64,000 nt of DNA, from assembly GCA_029253965.1 (NCBI GenBank), contig JAQWYM010000004.1:44546-108545 (forward strand). The letters are read 5' to 3'. Both the position numbers and the translations under genes were made by a program. Positions within the stretch are counted from its first letter, which is position 1. Each line of letters opens with the position of its first letter. The stretch is from Gammaproteobacteria bacterium. Lineage in GTDB: Bacteria; Pseudomonadota; Gammaproteobacteria; UBA4575. The notes beneath the pieces were generated by a model. That model saw only the letters and a list, made by a program, of their open reading frames with translations, made no database searches and had not been told where the DNA came from. This document shows positions 1 to 9,214 of this stretch, piece after piece.

Positions 1-2
1 AA

Positions 3-458
3 ATGCTTGCAGAAGGCCGCGCCAAGATTATTAATAAGGGCAGTATTGGTGAGATAGAGTATGTCTTGGCTGATGCAGAAGCCCTGCCGTTCCCAGACAA
101 TAGTTTTGATCTAATTACGATGGCATTTGGTTTACGTAATGTTACCGTTAAGGAACGTTGTCTTGCCTCTGCTTATGCCAAGCTCAAGCCCGGCGGAAAG
201 TTTATTGTTCTAGAGTTTTCAAAGCCACATGCCTTTCTAAAGCCAGCCTATGATCTTTACTCATTTTCAATTCTTCCACGTATGGGGCAGCTGGTTGCTA
301 ATGACGCTGATAGTTACCGCTATCTGGCTGAATCAATTCGTATGCATCCGGATCAGGAAAGCTTACAAACGATGTTTAATGATGCAGGTTTTGATCGCTG
401 TAAATTCATCAACATGACCGGTGGCATCGTCGCTGCGCATATCGGATACAAATACTAG
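3..458 (+). CDS. ubiE: Ubiquinone/menaquinone C-methyltransferase UbiE, C-terminal part (5' end lies outside the window)
   Basis: Class I SAM-methyltransferase C-terminal region ([28 protein letters not shown]). It is followed by ubiJ and ubiB, the canonical operon order. Confidence 0.9.
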   Translation: MLAEGRAKIINKGSIGEIEYVLADAEALPFPDNSFDLITMAFGLRNVTVKERCLASAYAKLKPGGKFIVLEFSKPHAFLKPAYDLYSFSILPRMGQLVANDADSYRYLAESIRMHPDQESLQTMFNDAGFDRCKFINMTGGIVAAHIGYKY

Positions 459-465
459 GTGTCTG

Positions 466-1059
466 ATGTCAGCAAATGAATTCTTAGTAACCGCCTTAAA
501 TCGCTACCTAGATTGTGATTCAGAGCGAGCACAAGCGATCGCCCAAATTGATGGTCGTATCATCGCCCTGCGCATTAAAGAATTAGAATTATTGCTACGT
601 ATGCAAGTTAAGGGTGAGCGAATACAGCAACCTTTAGACGACAGCGAGACTGATGTTGTCATTGAAGTCTCGATGACAGTATTACCTGATTTATTTTTTC
701 GAGTAGACAGTAATCAATTGATGCAGTCTGGGGCTATCACAATTGAAGGCGATAGCCATGTTGCGAGTACATTTCAACATGCATTAAAACAGATAGAGAT
801 TGATTGGGAAGAGCTTTTAGCTGAGTACACAGGTGAAGCTATGGCGCATAGGGTGGGTCAGGGATTTATGGCTTTAAGTCGCTTTGTACGCAGACAGCAT
901 GAAAACTTTAAGCAAGATATACGAGACCACTTGCATGATAGCCTGCACATCTCAGCCACAGACTCTGAGGTGCAAGAGTTCACCGAAGAGGTGGATCAAC
1001 TGCGAGCAGATGCCGACAGGCTGGAAGCACGCATTAAACGCCATGAACGCGATCGTTAA
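466..1059 (+). CDS. ubiJ: Ubiquinone biosynthesis accessory factor UbiJ (SCP2 domain protein)
   Basis: Sits between ubiE and ubiB. Has an SCP2-like N-terminal half and a charged coiled-coil C-terminus. The ATG at 466 lies 8 nt after the ubiE stop; the track ORF from 421 overlaps ubiE and is probably too long. Confidence 0.75.
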   Translation: MSANEFLVTALNRYLDCDSERAQAIAQIDGRIIALRIKELELLLRMQVKGERIQQPLDDSETDVVIEVSMTVLPDLFFRVDSNQLMQSGAITIEGDSHVASTFQHALKQIEIDWEELLAEYTGEAMAHRVGQGFMALSRFVRRQHENFKQDIRDHLHDSLHISATDSEVQEFTEEVDQLRADADRLEARIKRHERDR

Positions 1060-1077
1060 CCGAGACACTATTTTACT

Positions 1078-2643
1078 ATGCGCCTGCTAAGACAGTTCTA
1101 TCGAATATTCCAAATTAATATCACCTTAGTCAAGCATGGCTTGGAAGAAGTGATATTTGCAGTGCACCTGTTCCGTCCGATTCGCTTTTTACTATTACTC
1201 ATGCCATGGCATTGGTTTCGTCGTGTTGATATATCGCATGGCGTGCGTATACGGCGTGTGCTTGAAGACCTCGGGCCAATATTTGTTAAGTTTGGCCAAG
1301 CGCTGTCAACACGCAGAGATCTGCTTTCAGATGATGTCGCCAACGAATTAGCGAAGCTGCAAGATAAGGTGCCACCTTTTTCAGGCAAGGAAGCTAAAGA
1401 GATTATTGAAGAGGCCTATGGCAAGCCTGTAACAGAAATGTTTGCTAAGTTTGATGAGACACCCTTAGCGGCTGCATCGATTTCACAGGTCCATCCAGCG
1501 ACGCTAAATGATGGCACTGAAGTCGTCGTCAAAGTATTGCGCCCTGGTGTGCATAAGATGGTTAAACGAGACCTAGAGGTGCTGCATCTGCTGGCTGATT
1601 TAGCGCACCGCTACTGGTCAGATGGCCGCCGTCTGCGGCCTCGTGAAATTGTCGATGATTACGAGCAGACGGTCATGGATGAGTTGGACCTAATTCGAGA
1701 AGCCGCAAATGCGAGTATGTTGCGACGAAATTTCGAAGACTCTTCTGACCTCTATGTGCCTGAGGTGTATTGGGATTACTGTCGCGTTAATGTGCTAGTT
1801 ATAGAGCGTATATACGGTATCCCAGTGAGTGACATAAAGACCTTGAAAGAAAAAGGTATGGACATGAAGAAACTGTCAGACCGGGGTGTGCATATATTTT
1901 TCACTCAGGTTTTTAAGCATAATTTCTTCCATGCTGATATGCATCCAGGTAATATTTTTGTTTCCCATGAAACACCTGAAAACCCAAAATATTTAGGTGT
2001 CGACTTTGGCATAATGGGTACCCTGTCACCACGGGATCAGCGTTATCTGGCAGAAAACTTTTTAGCTTTCTTTAATCGTGATTATCGTCGAGTGGCGGAA
2101 CTACATCTAGAGTCAGGTTGGGTGCCTTCGGAGACTCGAGTTGATCAGTTTGAATCAGCGATTCGAACAGTTTGCGAACCGATATTTCAGCGCCCAATCA
2201 GTCAAATATCCTTTGGTAATTTACTCCTCAGGTTATTTCAAACAGCGCGCCGCTTTAATATGGAAGTGCAGCCTCAGTTAGTCTTACTACAAAAAACCTT
2301 ATTGAATATCGAGGGCTTAGGTCGCCAACTAGATCCTGATCTTGATCTCTGGAAGACAGCTAAACCATTTCTTGAACGCTGGATGAATGAGCAGGTTGGG
2401 CCCAGAGCGTTCATTAAAGGTTTGAAAGATAATTTACCGCAAACACTGGAACAACTCCCTGAGTTGCCTGGACTGATTCACCAATTTTTAAATCAGCAAA
2501 CACAGCTGACGCCAGCAGTGATTGAGCAGCAAAAAACTGAAATCAAAGAGCTCAACAAAGAATTGAAAAAGCAACGACGTTTATCGTGGTTGGTCTTGCT
2601 ATCTGGCACTGCTGCGGCGACAGCTGTCTGGTTCTACTCATAA
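1078..2643 (+). CDS. ubiB: Ubiquinone biosynthesis regulatory kinase-like protein UbiB (ABC1 family)
   Basis: 521 aa with ABC1/UbiB signatures (AAASISQVH, VVKVLRPGV, HADMHPGNIF, DFGIMG) and a C-terminal TM helix. Third gene of ubiE-ubiJ-ubiB. Confidence 0.92.
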   Translation: MRLLRQFYRIFQINITLVKHGLEEVIFAVHLFRPIRFLLLLMPWHWFRRVDISHGVRIRRVLEDLGPIFVKFGQALSTRRDLLSDDVANELAKLQDKVPPFSGKEAKEIIEEAYGKPVTEMFAKFDETPLAAASISQVHPATLNDGTEVVVKVLRPGVHKMVKRDLEVLHLLADLAHRYWSDGRRLRPREIVDDYEQTVMDELDLIREAANASMLRRNFEDSSDLYVPEVYWDYCRVNVLVIERIYGIPVSDIKTLKEKGMDMKKLSDRGVHIFFTQVFKHNFFHADMHPGNIFVSHETPENPKYLGVDFGIMGTLSPRDQRYLAENFLAFFNRDYRRVAELHLESGWVPSETRVDQFESAIRTVCEPIFQRPISQISFGNLLLRLFQTARRFNMEVQPQLVLLQKTLLNIEGLGRQLDPDLDLWKTAKPFLERWMNEQVGPRAFIKGLKDNLPQTLEQLPELPGLIHQFLNQQTQLTPAVIEQQKTEIKELNKELKKQRRLSWLVLLSGTAAATAVWFYS

Positions 2644-2675
2644 GCAAACTGCTTCACAGGCTAAGATTATAAATA

Positions 2676-4865
2676 ATGGATGTATCTCCAATCCTTGACG
2701 GATTAAATAAAGAACAACGCGATGCGGTCTCAGCAACACCCGGCCCAACACTCGTGCTTGCTGGTGCAGGTAGTGGTAAGACACGTGTATTAGTGCATCG
2801 TATTGCCTGGCTCTGTCAGGTTGAAAACTTATCACCCTATAGTTTGCTGGCAGTAACCTTCACCAATAAAGCAGCTGCAGAAATGCGTGCGCGAGTTGAA
2901 AGTTTATTGGGTAGCTCGCTGAGTGGCTTATGGGTGGGTACCTTTCATGGTCTGGCACATCGCATGCTGCGATCTCATTATGAGCTCGCTAAACTGCCAC
3001 AATCATTTCAAATTCTAGACTCAGAAGATCAGAAGCGGCTGGTCAAGCGCTTGATGAAAGGTCTGGAGTTAGATGAAGCTCAGTGGCCGTCTAAGCAGAT
3101 GCAGTGGTATATCAATGGACGCAAGGATGAAGGTTTGCGTGCCGCGGATATTCCAGATGATGGTGATATGACAACACGACAGATGGTGCGCGTATACGCG
3201 GCTTATGAAGCGGCTTGTAACCGAGCCGGCGTGGTTGATTTTGCCGAGCTGTTACTACGTTCATTAGAGTTGTTGAAGAATAACGCAGATCTGCGTTTAC
3301 ATTATCAACAGCGCTTTCGTCATATCTTAGTGGACGAGTTTCAAGACACCAACTCTATTCAATATGATTGGCTGAAGTTATTAGCTGGTGCAAATAATCC
3401 AATCTTTGCTGTCGGTGATGACGATCAGTCAATCTATGGTTGGCGCGGTGCTCGCATTGAAAATATTTTTTCATTCAGCAAGGAATACAGCGACACACAG
3501 ACATTCAGACTAGAGCAAAACTATCGTTCAACCAGCACCATCCTGTCAGCAGCAAATGAGCTGATTAGTAATAACCAAGGACGTCTGGGTAAGAATTTAT
3601 GGACTGATGGTAGCAAGGGTGAGTCGATTAAGTTGTACGCAGCGTATAACGAACAAGATGAAGCCCGCTATGTCATTGAGCGTGTCAAAGAATGGGCCGA
3701 GAGTGAAGGTCGCCGTTTTGATGAGGCGGCTATTTTATATCGTTCAAATGCGCAATCACGTGTCTTTGAGGAAAACTTGATTAATCATAGAGTGCCTTAT
3801 CGTATCTATGGTGGTCTACGCTTCTTTGAGCGCGCTGAGATTAAAGATTGTTTATCGTATCTGCGTTTGATGACCAACCATAATGATGATCCCGCCTTTG
3901 AGCGTATTATTAATCATCCGCCACGAGGTATAGGTGAGCGCACCTTACAACTGGTTCGAGACAAGGCGCGCACTGAAAGCATACCGATGTGGGACGCTCT
4001 GAAGCAGATTGTCGCTGCCAACACACTGGCGGCTAGAGCGCAGGGTGCCTTGGTTCAATTTATTACCCTGCTTGACAGACTATCGGCTGAGAACCAGCAA
4101 TTAGAACTCATAGAACAAGTAGAAAATGTTGTGATCAACTCTGGATTGATTAAACATTTTGAAAAAGACAGTAGTGAGAAAGGACAGTCACGCGTAGAAA
4201 ACTTAACGGAATTAGTTGAGGCGGCTCGTAGTTATCGTGCATCACCAGAAGATGAAGAAACAATGACACCCTTAGAAGGCTTCCTTGCCAATGCGGCATT
4301 AGAGTCGGGTGAAGGGCAGGCCGCTAAATGGGAGGATTGTGTGCAGCTAATGACCTTGCATGCAGCAAAAGGTTTAGAGTTCCCTCTAGTTTTCTTGGTT
4401 GGCATGGAAGAAGGATTATTTCCAAGTAGTATGTCCAAGGATGAGCCGGGGCGTGTTGAGGAAGAGCGTCGCCTTTGTTATGTCGGCATCACTAGAGCGC
4501 GTGAACATTTAATGCTCAGTTATGCGGAAGCTCGCCGGCAATACGGTACTGAAAATTATAATCCGCCATCACGCTTTATTAACGAGGTGCCGGCTGAATT
4601 AATGACCGAGGTTCGCCCTCGTGCAATGGTCTCACGTGCAGTCACACCCCCCGATGCACGGCAGGCACGATCAACATCTAAATACCGTGCTGACTCCTCA
4701 GAGACCGGTTTGAAAATTGGACAGCGAGTCTCGCATAGCAAATTTGGTGAAGGTGTCATCCTCGATCAGGAAGGCAGTGGCAGTAGTGCACGAGTCAATG
4801 TTAAGTTTGCCAGCGCCGGTAGCAAGTGGTTAGTATTGGCCTACGCTAAGTTAACAAAACTATAA
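2676..4865 (+). CDS. uvrD: DNA helicase II (UvrD), SF1 helicase
   Basis: 729 aa with Walker A GAGSGKT, VDEFQDTN, QNYRST and VGITRA motifs, and a UvrD-type C-terminal tail. Confidence 0.9.
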   Translation: MDVSPILDGLNKEQRDAVSATPGPTLVLAGAGSGKTRVLVHRIAWLCQVENLSPYSLLAVTFTNKAAAEMRARVESLLGSSLSGLWVGTFHGLAHRMLRSHYELAKLPQSFQILDSEDQKRLVKRLMKGLELDEAQWPSKQMQWYINGRKDEGLRAADIPDDGDMTTRQMVRVYAAYEAACNRAGVVDFAELLLRSLELLKNNADLRLHYQQRFRHILVDEFQDTNSIQYDWLKLLAGANNPIFAVGDDDQSIYGWRGARIENIFSFSKEYSDTQTFRLEQNYRSTSTILSAANELISNNQGRLGKNLWTDGSKGESIKLYAAYNEQDEARYVIERVKEWAESEGRRFDEAAILYRSNAQSRVFEENLINHRVPYRIYGGLRFFERAEIKDCLSYLRLMTNHNDDPAFERIINHPPRGIGERTLQLVRDKARTESIPMWDALKQIVAANTLAARAQGALVQFITLLDRLSAENQQLELIEQVENVVINSGLIKHFEKDSSEKGQSRVENLTELVEAARSYRASPEDEETMTPLEGFLANAALESGEGQAAKWEDCVQLMTLHAAKGLEFPLVFLVGMEEGLFPSSMSKDEPGRVEEERRLCYVGITRAREHLMLSYAEARRQYGTENYNPPSRFINEVPAELMTEVRPRAMVSRAVTPPDARQARSTSKYRADSSETGLKIGQRVSHSKFGEGVILDQEGSGSSARVNVKFASAGSKWLVLAYAKLTKL

Positions 4866-4955
4866 CTGGGCAAAAAATCTGTCAGCAGTGCTGAGCATGA
4901 GTATGGCGCTTGCCACATTAAGATAATCGAATAGTTACAAGGAGAGTCTGCGCAA

Positions 4956-6053
4956 ATGGAACGCCGTCATTTTTTACGTTATCTAGGTATTGGCGCTGCC
5001 GGTGCTGGTCTTAGTGCCTGTGGCCAAGAAAGCTCAACTGCTGCCAGCTGTGAAGAAACAAAGCAGACAGAATTTGAATGGAAGATGGTAACAACCTGGC
5101 CGAAGAATTTCCCAGGCTTAGGCACCGCTGCTGAATTTCTAGCACAGCAGATTAATGAGATGTCGAATGGACGCCTAACCATTAAAGTTTACGGCGCTGG
5201 TGAGATTGTCCCAGCCTTTGAAAGTTTTGATGCTGTGGTTGGTGGTACCGCTGAGATGGGACACGGCTCAGCCTATTATTGGAAAGGCAAGAATCCAGCC
5301 TTCCAGTTCTTCTCGACGGTGCCCTTTGGCATGACTGCAAATGAGATGAATGCTTGGCTCTATCATGGCGGTGGCATGGAATTATGGCAGCGAGCCTATG
5401 AGCCTTTTGGCGTCGAACCGATGCCAGCGGGTAATACCGGTGTGCAGATGGGGGGCTGGTTTAATAAAGAAATTAACTCACTAGATGACTTAAAAGGTCT
5501 GAAAATGCGCATCCCCGGTCTCGGCGGAGAAGTTTTGCGTATGGCCGGTGGAACGCCTGTCAATGTGCCGGGTGGAGATCTATTTATGTCACTGAAAAAC
5601 GGTGTAATCGATGCCACCGAATGGGTTGGGCCGTATAACGACCTGGCCTTTGGTCTGCATGGTGCTGCGCAATACTATTACTCCCCCGGCTGGCATGAGC
5701 CTGGCACAACACTAGAATGCATCGTCAATAAAGAGGCCATGGCAGAGTTACCTGCCGACTTGCAGAGTATTGTGCGTAACGCGGCAAAGGTCACAAACGC
5801 CAATATGATGTTGGAATATGTGGCTAAAAATAACGATGCACTGGATGTTTTAATCAATAAACACGGTGTCGATGTGCGTAGTTTCCCTGATGACGTGATC
5901 GAAAGATTACGCGAGCTATCAGACAAAGTAGTCGCGGAAGTGGCTGAAAACGATGAGTTTTCTCGGGAGATTTACGATTCCTACCTAAGCTTCTCAAATA
6001 AATCAAAGGCTTGGTACCAGCTTTCTGAGCAAGCCTACCTTAATCTACGCTAG
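4956..6053 (+). CDS. TRAP transporter substrate-binding protein (DctP-like), with Tat-type signal and lipobox
   Basis: N-terminus MERRHFLRYLGIGAAGAGLSAC (twin-arginine motif plus Cys). The body resembles the TRAP solute receptor family that pairs with the adjacent DctQ/DctM permeases. Confidence 0.85.
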   Translation: MERRHFLRYLGIGAAGAGLSACGQESSTAASCEETKQTEFEWKMVTTWPKNFPGLGTAAEFLAQQINEMSNGRLTIKVYGAGEIVPAFESFDAVVGGTAEMGHGSAYYWKGKNPAFQFFSTVPFGMTANEMNAWLYHGGGMELWQRAYEPFGVEPMPAGNTGVQMGGWFNKEINSLDDLKGLKMRIPGLGGEVLRMAGGTPVNVPGGDLFMSLKNGVIDATEWVGPYNDLAFGLHGAAQYYYSPGWHEPGTTLECIVNKEAMAELPADLQSIVRNAAKVTNANMMLEYVAKNNDALDVLINKHGVDVRSFPDDVIERLRELSDKVVAEVAENDEFSREIYDSYLSFSNKSKAWYQLSEQAYLNLR

Positions 6054-6172
6054 TCGATCTGAATCAGGGTATATTGGCTGAAGTATTCAATTTAATATCA
6101 AATCGCTGCCTGCTATACTGCGGCGATACTAATAAGACATAATGTCTAAACGAAGCACATGAGAGAGGATCA

Positions 6173-6409
6173 ATGGACGACCTATATATAAAATGGAAAA
6201 CAATGTGGGATGCCAAAGAGCCGACCACTCAAATGTTCTTTTTGATCAACGCGGTCATCGCGTTAATCATTAGTTCTAAAGCCTTTACAAAAAACACTGA
6301 AACAACAACAGCTAAGCGAGCTATCATCCTATTTATTGGTGTTGCTTATCTGGCCATTGTGATCACAGGCTATTTGCAGTTGGTACCGACGGTATCGCCT
6401 TACCAGTAG
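6173..6409 (+). CDS. Small hypothetical membrane protein (2 predicted TM helices)
   Basis: 78-aa ORF preceded by GAGAGG about 6 nt upstream and followed by a strong bidirectional terminator. Two hydrophobic stretches. No recognisable family. Confidence 0.45.
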   Translation: MDDLYIKWKTMWDAKEPTTQMFFLINAVIALIISSKAFTKNTETTTAKRAIILFIGVAYLAIVITGYLQLVPTVSPYQ

Positions 6410-6428
6410 TCAGCGTTAAAAGATTAGT

Positions 6429-6459
6429 AAAAAAGACGCGTTTATCGCGTCTTTTTTTT
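6429..6459. terminator. Bidirectional rho-independent terminator
   Basis: GACGCG-TTTAT-CGCGTC hairpin flanked by an A-run upstream and a T8 run downstream. Lies between convergent genes. Confidence 0.85.
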
Positions 6460-6487
6460 GGCCTTCTTTTTAATCAGCGACTGAAGT

Positions 6488-7852
6488 CTAGAGCTGACTC
6501 GGTAGCCAAGTCACCAGCCCCGGCCATCGGCTTAAAACGAATAAGGTAAATACCTGAATCGCTACAAACGGAATCACACCACGATAGAGTTGCTGTGTTG
6601 TTAACTGTGTCGAAGCCACACCACGCAAATAAAATAGAGCAAAACCAAAGGGCGGGGTTAGGAAGGACGTTTGCAAGTTAATGGCAATCATAATGCCCAA
6701 CCAAATTGGATCGATTCCCATCGCTAATAGAATGGGGCCAACAATGGGCACAACAACAAAAGTGATCTCGATAAAATCGAGCACAAAGCCAAGCACAAAC
6801 ATCACTAGCATGACCACAGCAACGGCAGTCAAAGGGCCGCCGGGCAGCTGTGTTAAAAATGCATGAACTGCATCATCACCACCGTAACCGCGGAACACCA
6901 AGGAAAAGAGTGAGGCGGCAATAAAGATTGCAAAGACCATGCAAGTAACTTGTACCGTGGTGCGACTGGTCTCTTGAATGCAACTCAAATCTAACTGATT
7001 GTTTCGCCAAGCCAAGAGTAAGGCACCTACTGCACCGACGGATGCCGCCTCGGTTGGTGTTGCTATTCCAGTGGTAATTGAACCCAACACAGCGATGATT
7101 AAAAGTAGTGGTGGCAGCAGCGCATCTAAGGCTTGCTTCCAATTTAACTTTATCGCATTAGTGTCTTTGCTTGCAGGCACCTCTTCTGGTCGCCACCAGC
7201 TGACGAATAATAAATATAAAATGTAAAGGCCGACCAGCAATAAGCCTGGGATAATGGCGCCAGCAAATAGATCGCTGACGGATAGAGTCTCGGGTGAGAA
7301 AATGCCTTGGCTCAGCTGCGCTTGTTGATAAGCATTACTCAAGACATCAGCGAGCAACACCAAAATAATCGAGGGCGGAATAATCTGACCGAGTGTGCCT
7401 GAGGCGCAAATAATACCGGCTGATAAACTCGGTGAATAACCGCGCTTGATCATCGTTGGTAACGACAGCAAGCCCATAGTCACCACTGTGGCGCCAACGA
7501 TCCCAGTGCTTGCGGCAAGTAACATGCCGACAATAATAACGGATAAACCTAAGCCGCCGCGCAACGAACCAAAAAGTCCAGCCATGGCATCCAAGAGTCT
7601 TTCTGCAATCTTGGCACGTTCTAAAACGACACCCATAAAAACAAACAAGGGCACCGCCATCAAGATCTGATTAGTCATGATGCCGTAGACCCGACTTGGT
7701 AAGGCATGCATCAGGCTGCTGTCAAAACCACCGACGAGTGTGCCAATGGCAGCAAATAATAAAGCGACACCGGCGAGGCTCAAGGCGACGGGAAAGCCGC
7801 TGAGTAAAACTGCAATGACAGCAAAGAACATGACAAAGGCTAACCATTCCAT
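6488..7852 (-). CDS. TRAP transporter large permease subunit (DctM)
   Basis: 454 aa, polytopic, DctM-like sequence. Starts 1 nt after the DctQ gene stop. Confidence 0.88.
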   Translation of the reverse strand: MEWLAFVMFFAVIAVLLSGFPVALSLAGVALLFAAIGTLVGGFDSSLMHALPSRVYGIMTNQILMAVPLFVFMGVVLERAKIAERLLDAMAGLFGSLRGGLGLSVIIVGMLLAASTGIVGATVVTMGLLSLPTMIKRGYSPSLSAGIICASGTLGQIIPPSIILVLLADVLSNAYQQAQLSQGIFSPETLSVSDLFAGAIIPGLLLVGLYILYLLFVSWWRPEEVPASKDTNAIKLNWKQALDALLPPLLLIIAVLGSITTGIATPTEAASVGAVGALLLAWRNNQLDLSCIQETSRTTVQVTCMVFAIFIAASLFSLVFRGYGGDDAVHAFLTQLPGGPLTAVAVVMLVMFVLGFVLDFIEITFVVVPIVGPILLAMGIDPIWLGIMIAINLQTSFLTPPFGFALFYLRGVASTQLTTQQLYRGVIPFVAIQVFTLFVLSRWPGLVTWLPSQL

Positions 7853-7853
7853 A

Positions 7854-8369
7854 TTAATTACTAGCCTGTTTAGTGGTTAGTAAGTGATGTAACTGATCAA
7901 TCATGTTGGCGATAACTTGTAAGCCGAGTAGCGCAGGCATCACCGGGATGAGTGTTTTTAGAATGAAAACCAAGGGCAGCCCGCCGGCTTCTTGTGAGCC
8001 CTCAAGTAAGCGCCAGGCATTAGCGCTGTAATCCCAGCTGATATAAATTAAAAAACCACAAAAGGGCAGTGATAGAAAAGTATGGCCAAGGAGATTAACC
8101 CAAGCTTTTTTTCGTGCACTAAAATATTGGTAAAAGACATCCACGCGAACATGCTTCTCATGTTTTAGAGTGTAGCCAATGGCCAACATAAACATGAAGC
8201 TATGCAAGTAGACGACGCTTTCTTGCATGGCAATAGAGCCTGAATTAAAGCCATAACGTAATACCACAATAGCAAAGGTTGTTAACACCATAGCCAACAC
8301 CAGCCAGGCCACAGTGCGACCGATGTATTCATTAATGTTGTTTAAAAATTGACTGACATTGTTCAGCAT
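7854..8369 (-). CDS. TRAP transporter small permease subunit (DctQ)
   Basis: 171 aa with 4 hydrophobic segments, immediately upstream of DctM. Confidence 0.8.
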   Translation of the reverse strand: MLNNVSQFLNNINEYIGRTVAWLVLAMVLTTFAIVVLRYGFNSGSIAMQESVVYLHSFMFMLAIGYTLKHEKHVRVDVFYQYFSARKKAWVNLLGHTFLSLPFCGFLIYISWDYSANAWRLLEGSQEAGGLPLVFILKTLIPVMPALLGLQVIANMIDQLHHLLTTKQASN

Positions 8370-8414
8370 GTGATGGCCTAGCTTTAAATTTAAGTGGGGG
8401 ATAAAGGCTGTTTT

Positions 8415-9170
8415 TTAGAGATCAAGCAGTCTAGATTTTTCTTCGCTTGATGGTTCGAAGTTGCGACCTTCATAGAAATCAAAAATAGCAGCGACAATCT
8501 CAGCGGGCTCATCAATAATCTGGATCAGATCTAAGTCTTCTTTGGAGATGGTGTTTTCCAGCAAGAGTGACTGCTTAAACCAATCGATTAAGCCAGCCCA
8601 GAAACTACTCTGCACAAGAATAATGGGAATGCGCCTTGATTTCCCCGTCTGTATCAGCGTGAGAATCTCAGCAAGCTCATCCAGTGTGCCAAAGCCACCG
8701 GGGAGAACAACGTAAGCCGATGCATATTTTACAAACATCACCTTGCGTGAAAAGAAATGCCTGAAGGTGAGACTGATATCCTGATAAGGATTGCCCGCCT
8801 GCTCAAAGGGTAAAGAAATATTTAAGCCAACACTGGGTGACTTGCCAGCAAACGCGCCTTTGTTAGCCGCCTCCATAATACCCGGGCCACCCCCACTGAC
8901 GACAGTGAAGCCAGCATCGGACAATTCACGTGCAATGGTTTTAGTCAGGGTGTAATAGGGATGATCCTTAGCAATCCTTGCGGAACCAAAAATACTGACC
9001 GAGGGCGCAATCTTAGAGAGTCGCTCAAAGCCCTCTACAAACTCAGCAATAATCTGGAAAATCTTCCAGCTTTCGCTGCTTAAGCTGGGGCTGCTCTGGT
9101 CGCCCGTGTTAAAACGAGGGTCTTGGCTTTTATCCGGCATAAATACGTTTTCCTTTGCAATTGCCATCAT
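8415..9170 (-). CDS. LOG family / TIGR00730 Rossmann-fold nucleotide-binding protein (predicted nucleotide 5'-monophosphate nucleosidase)
   Basis: Motifs VSGGGPGIMEA and PGGFGTLDE are diagnostic of the LOG/YvdD-type family. The true start may be the internal Met 10 codons in. Confidence 0.85.
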   Translation of the reverse strand: MMAIAKENVFMPDKSQDPRFNTGDQSSPSLSSESWKIFQIIAEFVEGFERLSKIAPSVSIFGSARIAKDHPYYTLTKTIARELSDAGFTVVSGGGPGIMEAANKGAFAGKSPSVGLNISLPFEQAGNPYQDISLTFRHFFSRKVMFVKYASAYVVLPGGFGTLDELAEILTLIQTGKSRRIPIILVQSSFWAGLIDWFKQSLLLENTISKEDLDLIQIIDEPAEIVAAIFDFYEGRNFEPSSEEKSRLLDL

Positions 9171-9214
9171 GATAACGTTGCCGGAGAGTAGTAAACAACA
9201 TTAAATGAAGCCGT

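Noticed and set aside
421-465. Longer UbiJ ORF starting inside ubiE
   Set aside because: It overlaps the last 38 nt of ubiE. The ATG at 466, just after the ubiE stop, gives the conserved MSANEF... N-terminus.
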